A DNA stretch of 64,000 bases from Sphingomonas sp. (GCF_036269755.1 NZ_DATBDV010000006.1:489-64488), one strand, 5' to 3'. Shown: positions 15,612 to 24,852, counted from the stretch's first letter. Notes: generated by a model from the letters alone, not told the origin. Program-made: numbers and translations.

Positions 15612-17457
15612 GGCGCTCATGACCAGCCAATCTTCCCAAGCTCGGGCGTCGTCCGAAGCGTTCGCCTTTGTTCCCAGTGCAGCGGGTGTTCCCGCCGATG
15701 CGATCACGCGCGTGGCGCGCGCGCATCCCGACCGGACCGCATTGATAGCGCCCTGCGGGACGCTCAGCTATGGCGAGTTGCTCGACCGCGCGGACCGCGT
15801 TGCGGCGTGGCTGCGAACCAAGGGCGTCGGCGCGGAAAGCCTGGTCGGTATTTGCATGGAGCGGTCGTTTGACCAGCTGACGGTCGCGCTGGGCATATGG
15901 AAAGCGGGCGGCGCCTATCTGCCGCTCGATCCATCCTGGCCCGACGGCCGCTTGCGGATGATCGTCGAGGATGCCGCGTGCGCGGTCGTGGTCGGCCGCA
16001 ATGAGGTGGTCGAGCGGCTGGCGGGGGTCGATACCCCGGTCGTCGCGCTCGACTGGAACACCTTGCCCGCCGCCGAGGAAGCGTCCGCGACGCCGGTCGA
16101 TGCGGAGGGCTTGGCCTATGTGATTTACACCTCGGGCACGACCGGCAAGCCCAAGGGCGTCGAGGTGAGCCACGGCAACCTCGCGCATCTGATCGCGTGG
16201 CATAACCACGCGTTCGGCGTGACCGCCGACGATCGCGGCAGTCACCTTGCCGGGCTCGGGTTCGACGCCTCGATCTGGGAAGTCTGGCCGTATCTCTGCG
16301 CCGGTGCCTCGGTCGTGCTCGCGCCCGATGAGGTCCGCACCTCCGACACCAAGCTGCGCGCCTGGCTGATCGTTCAGGGCGTCACCGTCGCGTTCGTTCC
16401 CACCGCGCTGGCGCAGGAGCTGATCCGCGACGATTGGGCGAGCGGCGCCAAGTTGCGCTACCTGCTGACCGGCGCCGACCGTCTGCTCGGGCGTCCCCGC
16501 GCGGGGTTGCCGTTCGCGCTGGTCAACAATTACGGTCCGACCGAATGCACCGTGGTCGCGGCGTCCGAAGTCGTGCCGCCCGAAGCGGTAGAGAAGGGTA
16601 TCCCGGCAATCGGCCGCCCGATCGGCGCGACGACGATCCACATCCTCGGCGCCGAAGGCCAGCCGGTCGCAACCGGCGAGCAGGGCGAAATCTTCATCGG
16701 CGGGCCGTCGGTCGCGCGTGGTTACCGCCACCTGCCGGCGATGACCGCCGAGAAGTTCGTGACGATCGCCGGGGAGCGCTGCTATCGCACCGGCGACCGC
16801 GGATCGTGGCGACCGGACGGGCAGATCGCGTTCCATGGCCGGGTCGATGACCAGGCCAAGGTGCGCGGCCATCGCGTCGAGCCCGAGGAAACCGCGCATG
16901 TGCTGCGCGAGCATCCCGCGGTCCGCGCCGCCGCGGTGATCGCGGCGCCGGCCGCCGATGGCAGCGACATGCTGGTCGGCTATGTCGTCGCCAGCGACAC
17001 CGTCACCGCCGAGGATCTGCGCGATCACCTCGCCAATACGCTTCCCGAATATATGATCCCATCCGCATTCGTGCGGATCGACGCGCTGCCGCTCACCGCC
17101 AACGGAAAGCTCGACAAGAAGGCGCTGCCCGAACCGTCGGACGACAATGCGCTGGCGTCGGCCGGGTTCGCCACCGCGCAGACCGCGGCGGAGGAACGGC
17201 TGGTCGAGATCCTGACCGCGGTGCTCGGCCGCGGCAATGTCGGGATCGACGACAATTTCTTCCTGCTCGGCGGGCATTCGCTGCTCGGCACCCAAGTCGT
17301 GCTGCGCGCCGGCGAAGCGTTCGGCATCGACCTGACGCTGCGCGACCTGTTCCAGGCGCCGACGATCCGTCAGCTCGCGGCGCGGATCGAGGAAATCTTC
17401 CTGCGCATGATCGATGAAATGAGCGACGACGAAGCGCAAGCGCGCGCCGCCGAATAG
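15607..17457 (+). CDS. Stand-alone NRPS A-T didomain, predicted Leu-specific (start at 15607, 15610 or 15619)
   Basis: A3 YVIYTSGTTGKPKG, YGPTE, YRTGD and NGKLD; PCP FFLLGGHSL; specificity code read by eye as DAWFLGNVVK, the Leu signature. Confidence 0.92.
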   Translation: MMALMTSQSSQARASSEAFAFVPSAAGVPADAITRVARAHPDRTALIAPCGTLSYGELLDRADRVAAWLRTKGVGAESLVGICMERSFDQLTVALGIWKAGGAYLPLDPSWPDGRLRMIVEDAACAVVVGRNEVVERLAGVDTPVVALDWNTLPAAEEASATPVDAEGLAYVIYTSGTTGKPKGVEVSHGNLAHLIAWHNHAFGVTADDRGSHLAGLGFDASIWEVWPYLCAGASVVLAPDEVRTSDTKLRAWLIVQGVTVAFVPTALAQELIRDDWASGAKLRYLLTGADRLLGRPRAGLPFALVNNYGPTECTVVAASEVVPPEAVEKGIPAIGRPIGATTIHILGAEGQPVATGEQGEIFIGGPSVARGYRHLPAMTAEKFVTIAGERCYRTGDRGSWRPDGQIAFHGRVDDQAKVRGHRVEPEETAHVLREHPAVRAAAVIAAPAADGSDMLVGYVVASDTVTAEDLRDHLANTLPEYMIPSAFVRIDALPLTANGKLDKKALPEPSDDNALASAGFATAQTAAEERLVEILTAVLGRGNVGIDDNFFLLGGHSLLGTQVVLRAGEAFGIDLTLRDLFQAPTIRQLAARIEEIFLRMIDEMSDDEAQARAAE

Positions 17458-17466
17458 GACGCATCC

Positions 17467-18729
17467 ATGACCGACCAAGCACCGATCAAGGCGGCCGCCG
17501 CGCTCGACCCGAGCCTGAGCCTGTTCCAGCTGCTCGAGCCGGCGATCCACGCCGACCCGTTCCCGTTCTACAAGCGCCTGCGCGAGGAAGCGCCGGTGGC
17601 GTGGGACCCGTTCATGCACACCTGGGTCGTCACTCGGTACGAGGACGTCCATTTCGTGCTGAAGGAATTCAGCGCGGATCGCACGCCCGACGTCGCCAAG
17701 ATGGAGGCGCTCGGCCTGCCGTCGCTCGGCCCGGTCGCCGATGTGATGGCCAAGCAGATGCTGTTCCTCGACGCGCCCGCGCACACGCGGCTGCGCAAGC
17801 TCTGCATGAGCGCGTTCACCCCGCGCCGGGTCGAGGCGATGGAAGGCAAGATCCACGAAATCGCGCACCAGCTGATCGACGACCATATCGGCAATGGTCA
17901 GATGGAACTGATCGCCGATTTTGCCGAGCCGTTTCCGGCGATCGTCACCGCCGGTCTGCTCGGCGTGCCGCTCGACGATCATCGCCAGCTCAAGGCGTGG
18001 TCGGCGACCTTCGCGGAGATGCTCGGCAATTTCCAGCATAACCCCGATCGCATCCGCGACGTGCTCAAGTGCGTCGCCGATATGACCGGCTATTTCCGTG
18101 ACGCGGTTCGCGAGCAGGAGCGAAACCCGCACGACGGGCTGATCCGCTCGCTGATGGACGCCGAAGTCGACGGCCAGCGGCTTAGCGAGGACGAGGTCAT
18201 CGCCAACACCATCGTGACGATGGTCGGCGGGCAGGAGACCACGACCAACCTGATGGGCAACGGCCTGCTGACGCTGATCCGCCAGCCCGACAAGCTCGCG
18301 CAGTTGCGCGACAATCCGGAGATCATCGCCAGCGCCGTCGAGGAATTGCTGCGCTTCGAGACCCCAAGCCAGCACACCGCACGGATCTGCCCCGCCGATA
18401 CGATGATGGGCGGCCAATTGATCCGCAAGGGCGAGGCGGTGATGGCGGTGATGGCGGCGGGCAATCGCGATCCGGAACGCTTTGCCGATCCCGACACGCT
18501 CGATCTGACGCGCACCGACAACCGCCATCTGGCGTTCGGCTGGGCGGCGCATTTCTGCTTCGGCGCGGCCTTGGCGCGGATGGAGGCCCGGATCGCGTTT
18601 CCCGCGCTTGTCGGCCGGCTCCAGAACCTCAGCGTGACGAGCGATATCCTCGAATGGCGGACCAATTCCGGACTGCGCGGGCTCACCGCGTTGCCGATCG
18701 CGTTCCGCGCGGGGGAGCGGGCCGCGTGA
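17467..18729 (+). CDS. Cytochrome P450, probably acting on a carrier-protein-bound substrate
   Basis: I-helix GGQETT, EELLR (ExxR) and heme motif FGWAAHFCFG; lies between the two NRPS genes. Confidence 0.95.
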   Translation: MTDQAPIKAAAALDPSLSLFQLLEPAIHADPFPFYKRLREEAPVAWDPFMHTWVVTRYEDVHFVLKEFSADRTPDVAKMEALGLPSLGPVADVMAKQMLFLDAPAHTRLRKLCMSAFTPRRVEAMEGKIHEIAHQLIDDHIGNGQMELIADFAEPFPAIVTAGLLGVPLDDHRQLKAWSATFAEMLGNFQHNPDRIRDVLKCVADMTGYFRDAVREQERNPHDGLIRSLMDAEVDGQRLSEDEVIANTIVTMVGGQETTTNLMGNGLLTLIRQPDKLAQLRDNPEIIASAVEELLRFETPSQHTARICPADTMMGGQLIRKGEAVMAVMAAGNRDPERFADPDTLDLTRTDNRHLAFGWAAHFCFGAALARMEARIAFPALVGRLQNLSVTSDILEWRTNSGLRGLTALPIAFRAGERAA

Positions 18730-21700
18730 ACGCCCACGCCGCGCTGTCGGATTCGAAACGACAGTTGCTCGAAAAGATGATGCGCGGCGGCATCGCGCCC
18801 GCCGACAAGCCCGCACCGATCCAGCCGCGCCGGCCGGGCGCGGCGATCCCGCTATCGGCCGACCAGCGCCAGGTGTGGCTCCACGCCATCATGGCGCCGG
18901 ACGTGCCGCTGTATAACGAATCGATCACGATCCATCGCTTCGGCAGCTTCGATCGCGACGCGATGGCGCGCAGCGTCAACGAGATATTGCGCCGTCACGA
19001 AGCGTGGCGGACGGCGTTCGTCGAAGAAGCGGGCGAGCTCGTCCAGCACGTCCGTCCGCACCGCGACATCGAGCTGCCGTTCGACGATGTCAGCCACTTG
19101 CCGGAAGACCAGCGCGATGCCGCCGCGCTCAAGATCGGCAGCGATGACGCCCGCCGCGCGATCGACCTGTCCGACGCCCCATTGTTCCGCGCGCGGATCG
19201 TCAAGCTGTCCGACGACAATCACCGGCTCTATTTCACGCTCCACCACATCATCTTCGATGGCGTCGCGATCTATCGCGTGATCGTGCCCGAACTGGCGGC
19301 GATCTATGAAGCGTTCGCGCGCGGCGAGCCGTCGCCGCTGCCGATGCCGGCATTGCAATATGGCGACTATGCGATCTGGCAGCGGGAGCATCTCAAGAGC
19401 GCGCCGATCCAGAAGCAGATCGATTATTGGCGCACGACGTTGGCCGACGCGCCGGCCAAGCTCGAAATCCCCGGTGACCGCATCAAGGCGGCGCGGCCGA
19501 CGCACGCCGGGTCGATGGAAGTGTTCCAGATCCCGCACGATCTGACCGAGGCGTTGAAGGAGGCGAGCCGGCGCGAAGGCGTGACGCTCTACATGACCTT
19601 GCTCGCGGCCTATCACGCGCTGCTGCATCGTTATTCGGGCGAGGAGGACATTATCGTCGGCGGGGTCACCGATCTTCGCCGCCGGCCCGAGCTCGACCAG
19701 GTGGTCGGCTATTTCCTCAACACCATCGCATTGCGCGCCAAGCCGAAGGGCGACCTCGCATTTCGCGATTTCGTGCGCCACGTGCGCGAGACCGTGCTCG
19801 GCGCGCTCGGCGCGAGCGAGGCGCCGTTCGACGAGGTGGTGCGCGCGCTCGACGTGCGGCGCGAGCCCGGCACGCATCCTTTGTTCAACTGCCTGTTCTC
19901 GATCGAGCCGCCGGTCGAGCCGTTCGCCGACGGCTGGGACTTGACCCAGATGGACGTGGTGGTCGGGGGCGCGAAGTTCGACCTCTACCTCGAACTCGAC
20001 GAGCGGCCCGACGGGATGATCGGGCGGTTCCTCTATTCGACCGAGCTTTACGATCCATCGACGATCCGCCGGATGATCGGGCATTGGCTCACGATATTGC
20101 GCGCGGTGGCCGAGGACATGGGGTGCCCGATCCGCGACTTGCCGTTGCTCGATTCGGTGGAGTCGCAGTTGCTGGTCGACTGGAACAACACCGCGCGGCG
20201 GCACAAGGCGAAATTGCTGGTCGAGGCGGTCTCGGCGCAGGCGAAGGCGCGGCCCGATGCGGTGGCGGTGCGGTTCGGCGACCAGTCGATAAGCTACGCC
20301 GCGCTCGATGCCCGGGCGCAAGCCATCGCCGCGGCGTTGCGCGCGGCAGGGTTGGGCAAGAGCGACCTCGTCGGCGTCTGTCTCGATCGCTCGACCGACA
20401 TGGTTGCAGGGTTGCTTGGCGTGTTGCGGATCGGCGCGGCGTACCTTCCGCTCGATCCCGACTTCCCGCCGGCGCGGCTCGATTACATCGTCGGGGAGGC
20501 CGGCGCCAAGGCGTTGCTATCCGAACGCAAGCTGGATGCCGTGCTGCCCGGATGCGCGCTGCCGCGCGTCCTGGTGGACGATATCGGCGCTTCGGCGACC
20601 GACGTGCCCGCTGCGGAAATCGCCGCCGGCGACCTTGCCTATGTCCTCTACACCTCGGGCTCGACCGGCCGCCCCAAGGGCGTCGAGATCAGTCACGGCG
20701 CGCTGATCAACCTGCTCGCGTCGATGCGCGAGCAGCCTGGGTTCGGCGCGGGCGATTCGTTGCTCGCAGTCACCACCCTGTCGTTCGACATCGCGATGCT
20801 CGAACTGTTCCTGCCGCTGATCGCCGGCGGCGAGTTGATCGTCGCGCCGCGCAACAGCGCAGTCGATCCGCGCGCGCTGATCGACCTGATCCATACTGCC
20901 AACCCGAGCGTCATGCAGGTGACCCCAGCGACGTGGCGCGCGCTGGTCGAGGCCGGTTGGCAAGGCTCACCGAGCTTGCGGGTTCTGTGCGGCGGCGAAG
21001 CCTTCCCGCGCGACCTGGCCGAAGCGTTGCTGATGCGTGCGGGCGAGGTGTGGAACGTCTATGGCCCCACCGAGACCACGATCTGGTCGACCGTCGCGCG
21101 CGTGACCGGCAGCACCGGCCCGGTCCCGATCGGCCGCCCGATCGCCAACACGAGCATCCACATCCTCGACCGCTACGGCAACACCGCGCCGATCGGCGTG
21201 ACCGGCGAATTGTTCATCGGCGGCGCGGGTCTCGCGAAGGGCTATCGCAACCGTCCCGATCTTACCGCGGAGCGCTTCGTCGAGGTGCGCGGCGAGCGGC
21301 TCTACCGCACCGGCGACCTCGCGCGCTGGCGTCCGGACGGGACAATCCTGTGCCTCGGCCGTGTCGACAATGACGAGAAGATTCGCGGCTATCGCGTGTC
21401 AGTCGAGGAGATCGAGGGTGCGCTCGCAACGCATCCTGAGGTTGCCGCCGCCGCCGTCCGCAGCTGGCCGGACGCGTCGGGTGAACGCGCGCTCGCCGCC
21501 TATGTCGTCGCGCACGGTGGCGCCGAGCCGAGCCGCGCGGAGATGCGCGAGCACCTCGCGCAGACGCTGCCCCAATACATGATCCCCTCGACCATCGAGC
21601 TGTTGCCCGCGCTGCCGATGACGCCCAACGGCAAGATCGACCGCAAGGCGCTGCCCAAGCCGGGCGGGAACGCCGCCGCCGCGATCGAGCCGCCACAGGG

Positions 21701-22718
21701 CGAAACCGAGCAAGCGCTGGCCGCGATCTGGTGCGACATCTTGCGCATCCCCGCGGTCGGCCGCGACGACAGTTTCTTCGAGCTCGGCGGTCATTCGTTG
21801 CTCGTCGCGCGGCTGCTCGTGCGGATCGAGCAGCATTGGGGCCGCCGCATCGGCATGGCAGAATTCTTCGGCGCGCCGGTGCTCTCCAAGCTCGCCACAC
21901 TGATCGACGGTGACGCCGGCGTCGAGGTGGGCGCGCTCGTCCCGCTCCAGCCGCTCGGCGACGAACTGCCGCTATTGTGGATCGATGGCGGCCCGACCTT
22001 CCTGGCGCTTGCCAACGCGATGGGCACTGATCGGCCGTTCCTCGGCCTCGCGCTCGGCCCGATCCTCGAGCGCGACCTCAAGCCCGGCATGCGGTTCGAG
22101 GATATCGCCGCCGCCGTGGTTGCGGTGATCCGCCAGCGCCGCCCGCGCGGACCGTATCTAATCGGCGGCTGGTGCACCAACGGCATCCTGGCGTTCGAGA
22201 TCGCGCGCCAGCTTCGCGCCGACGGCGACGACGTTCCGCTGCTGGCACTCGGCCACACGATGAATCCGGTCGCGTTCCAGGAGATCACCACCGCGCAGAT
22301 GCGGATGAGCAAGGCGCGCTACCATCTCGGCGTGTGGAACAGCCTGCCGTTCAACCGGCGCCTCGGCTATGCCCTCGAGCGCGCGCGCGGGATGCTGGAG
22401 GAAGTCGGCATGGCCGACGCCGACCGCCCGGACGGCCGCTATCGGCCTTTCGCGGCGGTGATGGAGCAGGCGGCGTACGGCTACACGCCCGGCGTCTATG
22501 ACGGCGCGGTCGCGTTGTTCCAGCCGACCGAACGCCTCGACGTGCTCGACACGCGGCCGGGTTGGGCGACCATCGTTACGGGCCCGCTCCAAGCGCACGA
22601 CATTCCCGGCAGCCACGGCACGATGACCGAGCCGCCCAATGCCGACGTCTTCGCGGCCCGGCTGCGCGACTCGATCGAGCGCGCCTTGAAGCCCGGACAG
22701 AGCGCGGCGGCAGCGTGA
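18726..22718 (+). CDS. NRPS termination module C-A-T-TE, predicted Gly-specific, Cys-type thioesterase
   Basis: C domain HHIIFDG; A domain YTSGSTGRPKG with code DILQLGVIWK (Gly signature); PCP FFELGGHSL; TE GGWCTNG...GSHGTM; GTGA overlap with the P450. Confidence 0.93.
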   Translation: MNAHAALSDSKRQLLEKMMRGGIAPADKPAPIQPRRPGAAIPLSADQRQVWLHAIMAPDVPLYNESITIHRFGSFDRDAMARSVNEILRRHEAWRTAFVEEAGELVQHVRPHRDIELPFDDVSHLPEDQRDAAALKIGSDDARRAIDLSDAPLFRARIVKLSDDNHRLYFTLHHIIFDGVAIYRVIVPELAAIYEAFARGEPSPLPMPALQYGDYAIWQREHLKSAPIQKQIDYWRTTLADAPAKLEIPGDRIKAARPTHAGSMEVFQIPHDLTEALKEASRREGVTLYMTLLAAYHALLHRYSGEEDIIVGGVTDLRRRPELDQVVGYFLNTIALRAKPKGDLAFRDFVRHVRETVLGALGASEAPFDEVVRALDVRREPGTHPLFNCLFSIEPPVEPFADGWDLTQMDVVVGGAKFDLYLELDERPDGMIGRFLYSTELYDPSTIRRMIGHWLTILRAVAEDMGCPIRDLPLLDSVESQLLVDWNNTARRHKAKLLVEAVSAQAKARPDAVAVRFGDQSISYAALDARAQAIAAALRAAGLGKSDLVGVCLDRSTDMVAGLLGVLRIGAAYLPLDPDFPPARLDYIVGEAGAKALLSERKLDAVLPGCALPRVLVDDIGASATDVPAAEIAAGDLAYVLYTSGSTGRPKGVEISHGALINLLASMREQPGFGAGDSLLAVTTLSFDIAMLELFLPLIAGGELIVAPRNSAVDPRALIDLIHTANPSVMQVTPATWRALVEAGWQGSPSLRVLCGGEAFPRDLAEALLMRAGEVWNVYGPTETTIWSTVARVTGSTGPVPIGRPIANTSIHILDRYGNTAPIGVTGELFIGGAGLAKGYRNRPDLTAERFVEVRGERLYRTGDLARWRPDGTILCLGRVDNDEKIRGYRVSVEEIEGALATHPEVAAAAVRSWPDASGERALAAYVVAHGGAEPSRAEMREHLAQTLPQYMIPSTIELLPALPMTPNGKIDRKALPKPGGNAAAAIEPPQGETEQALAAIWCDILRIPAVGRDDSFFELGGHSLLVARLLVRIEQHWGRRIGMAEFFGAPVLSKLATLIDGDAGVEVGALVPLQPLGDELPLLWIDGGPTFLALANAMGTDRPFLGLALGPILERDLKPGMRFEDIAAAVVAVIRQRRPRGPYLIGGWCTNGILAFEIARQLRADGDDVPLLALGHTMNPVAFQEITTAQMRMSKARYHLGVWNSLPFNRRLGYALERARGMLEEVGMADADRPDGRYRPFAAVMEQAAYGYTPGVYDGAVALFQPTERLDVLDTRPGWATIVTGPLQAHDIPGSHGTMTEPPNADVFAARLRDSIERALKPGQSAAAA

Positions 22719-23380
22719 CTCTGACGATCGACCTGTCGCAGACCAACGAGGTCGTGCTGGTCGAGCTCGAAGTGGCGCCTGCTGCGCTCGCGAATTTCCA
22801 CGCGACGCTCGATTCCGGCGAGCGTGAGTGCGCGAGCCGGTTCCGCTTCGCGCGCGACCGCGACCGCTACATCGCGCGGCGGGGACAACTGCGAGCGTTG
22901 CTCGCCGAAAGGACCGGCGAGCGAACCGCCGCGCTGCGCATCGCGGCAGACGCGTACGGCAAGCCGTTCCTCGTTGACCGTCCCAAGCTCCACTTCAGCC
23001 TCTCGCACTCGCATGGCCGCGCATTGTTTGCGTTCGGCTGCGAGGCAATCGGGTGTGACCTCGAATGGCGCAATCCCGAGCTCGCCTGCCGCAGCGTCGC
23101 CGCGCGGCTGTTCGCGCCCGCCGAGGTCGCCGCGCTCGACGCGCTTCCCGCCGAGCAATGGGTCGCGGGGTTCTACAATTGCTGGACGCGCAAGGAAGCG
23201 TTCGTGAAGGCGATCGGCCTCGGACTGTCCTATCCGCTCGATGCGTTCGAGGTTTCGGTCGATAAGGCCGCGCGTTTCGTCACCGGCGCGGCAGGGTGGT
23301 CGCTCGTGTCGTTCGAACCCGCGCCCGGTTTTCAGGCAGCGCTGGTGACTCGCTTGCCCGAGGGTGCGACCGCCGGCTGA
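22715..23380 (+). CDS. Sfp-type 4'-phosphopantetheinyl transferase
   Basis: YGKP, HFSLSHS, IGCDLE and FYNCWTRKEAFVKAIGLGL motifs; GTGA-coupled to the NRPS. Confidence 0.93.
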   Translation: MTLTIDLSQTNEVVLVELEVAPAALANFHATLDSGERECASRFRFARDRDRYIARRGQLRALLAERTGERTAALRIAADAYGKPFLVDRPKLHFSLSHSHGRALFAFGCEAIGCDLEWRNPELACRSVAARLFAPAEVAALDALPAEQWVAGFYNCWTRKEAFVKAIGLGLSYPLDAFEVSVDKAARFVTGAAGWSLVSFEPAPGFQAALVTRLPEGATAG

Positions 23381-24852
23381 TACGGCTTGCCGCGCGCCAT
23401 CGAGATCGCTTCCAGCACGACATCGCGCGTGAACAGCATCAGCCAGCCGGCATAGACCGCCGCGCCCAGCCCGACCAATGCCAGCAGCCGCAGCTGCACC
23501 GCCATCTGCGGCAGTACATCGTCGAGAAGCATCACCAGCGCCCCCATCGCGAGCGCCGCCCCGATCGTCGGCGCGATCGCGCGGGCCAGTGCGGTCGCCC
23601 TGAGCCCGATCACCGGCAGCACCCGCACCGCGGTGATCGCGAGGTAGATCGGGTAGGCGACAAACCAGGAAGCGGCGAGCCCGGTCACACCCCAGCGCAA
23701 CCCGACCAGGAAACAAGCTGGCAGCAACACCGCGCCGATCGCACCGATATGGACGGTGATCCCTGGGCGGCCCATCGCGCTGCACGCCGGGCTGAACAGC
23801 ACTTGTAGCGTCATCATCGGCATCGCCAGCGCGAGCAATTGCACCAGCGGTGCCGCGTCGACCCATTTTGGCCCGAGCACGGTCGCGACCAGCGGCTGCG
23901 CGGTCACCGCAAGCCCGATGTAGAACGGCATCGCCACCAGCATCACCATCCGCGCCGACCGCGCGAATCCCTCGGCCACTGCGGAGCGGTTGTCCTGCAT
24001 CCGGGCATAGATCGAGAACGCGACATCGTTGATCGCTGGAACGAATTTCGACACCAGGATCTGGGTCAGGAACAGCCCGGTCGTGTAGAGGCCGAGCGTC
24101 GCCGGGTCGAGGACGCGCCCCGCGATGAACACGTCGGCCTGGCTCTGCAGGAACCAGAACAACTGCCCAGCCGCCATCAGCCCGCCGAACTTCGCGAGCG
24201 CGCCAGATCCGCGGAAATCGAACAATGGGCGGTAATGGTGCCCCGATGCGACCGTCATCCCGATTGCGCGCGTGACGTACAGCACCGCGGGCGCCGCGAT
24301 CAGCGTCCACACGCCGAGCCCGGTATAAGCCCCCGCCAGCGCGGTCAGCGCGCCCGTCACCGACGACAGCAGGTAAACCCGCGCCTGGTGCTTGAAGTCG
24401 ATCGCGCGGGCGAGCAGCGCATACGGGAACGCGACGAACGGCGTCGTGAAATAGAGGAAGGACTGGACGCGCAACAGGTCGGCGACGATCGGCTGGCGAA
24501 AATAGGCGGCGACGACGGGCGCCATCGCGAATTGCAGCGCGCCGAGCGAAAAATTGAGCACGATCAGCATGCCGTACAGCTGCCGCACCGTGCGCTCGTC
24601 GGCGTCGGGCTTTTGGATCAGCCCGCTCGCGAGGCCTGCGCCGTTGAGCATGTTGAGCATCGCCAGCACGACCTGAGTCATTGCGAACAGGCCGTAATCG
24701 TTCGGATTCAGGATGCGGATCACCAAAAACGTCGCCGCCCAGGTGATGATCTGGCCGACGATCTGCGCGCCCGACCGCCAGATTACCGCACGCCGCGCCT
24801 GCGCGAACAGCGGCTCGGGTTCGGAATCGAGCGGATCGGACGGAGACTGCAT
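23332..24852 (-). CDS. Wzx/PST-family oligosaccharide flippase
   Basis: IRILNPNDYGLFAM, GL.SGLIQK, LGLYTTG and LGPKW motifs; 12 or more hydrophobic segments; convergent 49-bp overlap with the PPTase gene. Confidence 0.88.
   Translation of the reverse strand: MQSPSDPLDSEPEPLFAQARRAVIWRSGAQIVGQIITWAATFLVIRILNPNDYGLFAMTQVVLAMLNMLNGAGLASGLIQKPDADERTVRQLYGMLIVLNFSLGALQFAMAPVVAAYFRQPIVADLLRVQSFLYFTTPFVAFPYALLARAIDFKHQARVYLLSSVTGALTALAGAYTGLGVWTLIAAPAVLYVTRAIGMTVASGHHYRPLFDFRGSGALAKFGGLMAAGQLFWFLQSQADVFIAGRVLDPATLGLYTTGLFLTQILVSKFVPAINDVAFSIYARMQDNRSAVAEGFARSARMVMLVAMPFYIGLAVTAQPLVATVLGPKWVDAAPLVQLLALAMPMMTLQVLFSPACSAMGRPGITVHIGAIGAVLLPACFLVGLRWGVTGLAASWFVAYPIYLAITAVRVLPVIGLRATALARAIAPTIGAALAMGALVMLLDDVLPQMAVQLRLLALVGLGAAVYAGWLMLFTRDVVLEAISMARGKPYQPAVAPSGKRVTSAA

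Noticed and set aside
15580-18816. 1078-aa antisense ORF across the A-T and P450 genes
   Set aside because: Shadow frame of GC-rich coding sequence; its continuity is explained by the two sense genes sharing a frame; no recognisable motifs.
21960-22718. Calling the NRPS product a beta-lactone or beta-lactam outright
   Set aside because: The terminal module has a Gly code, and Gly has no beta substituent; kept only as a TE-type analogy.
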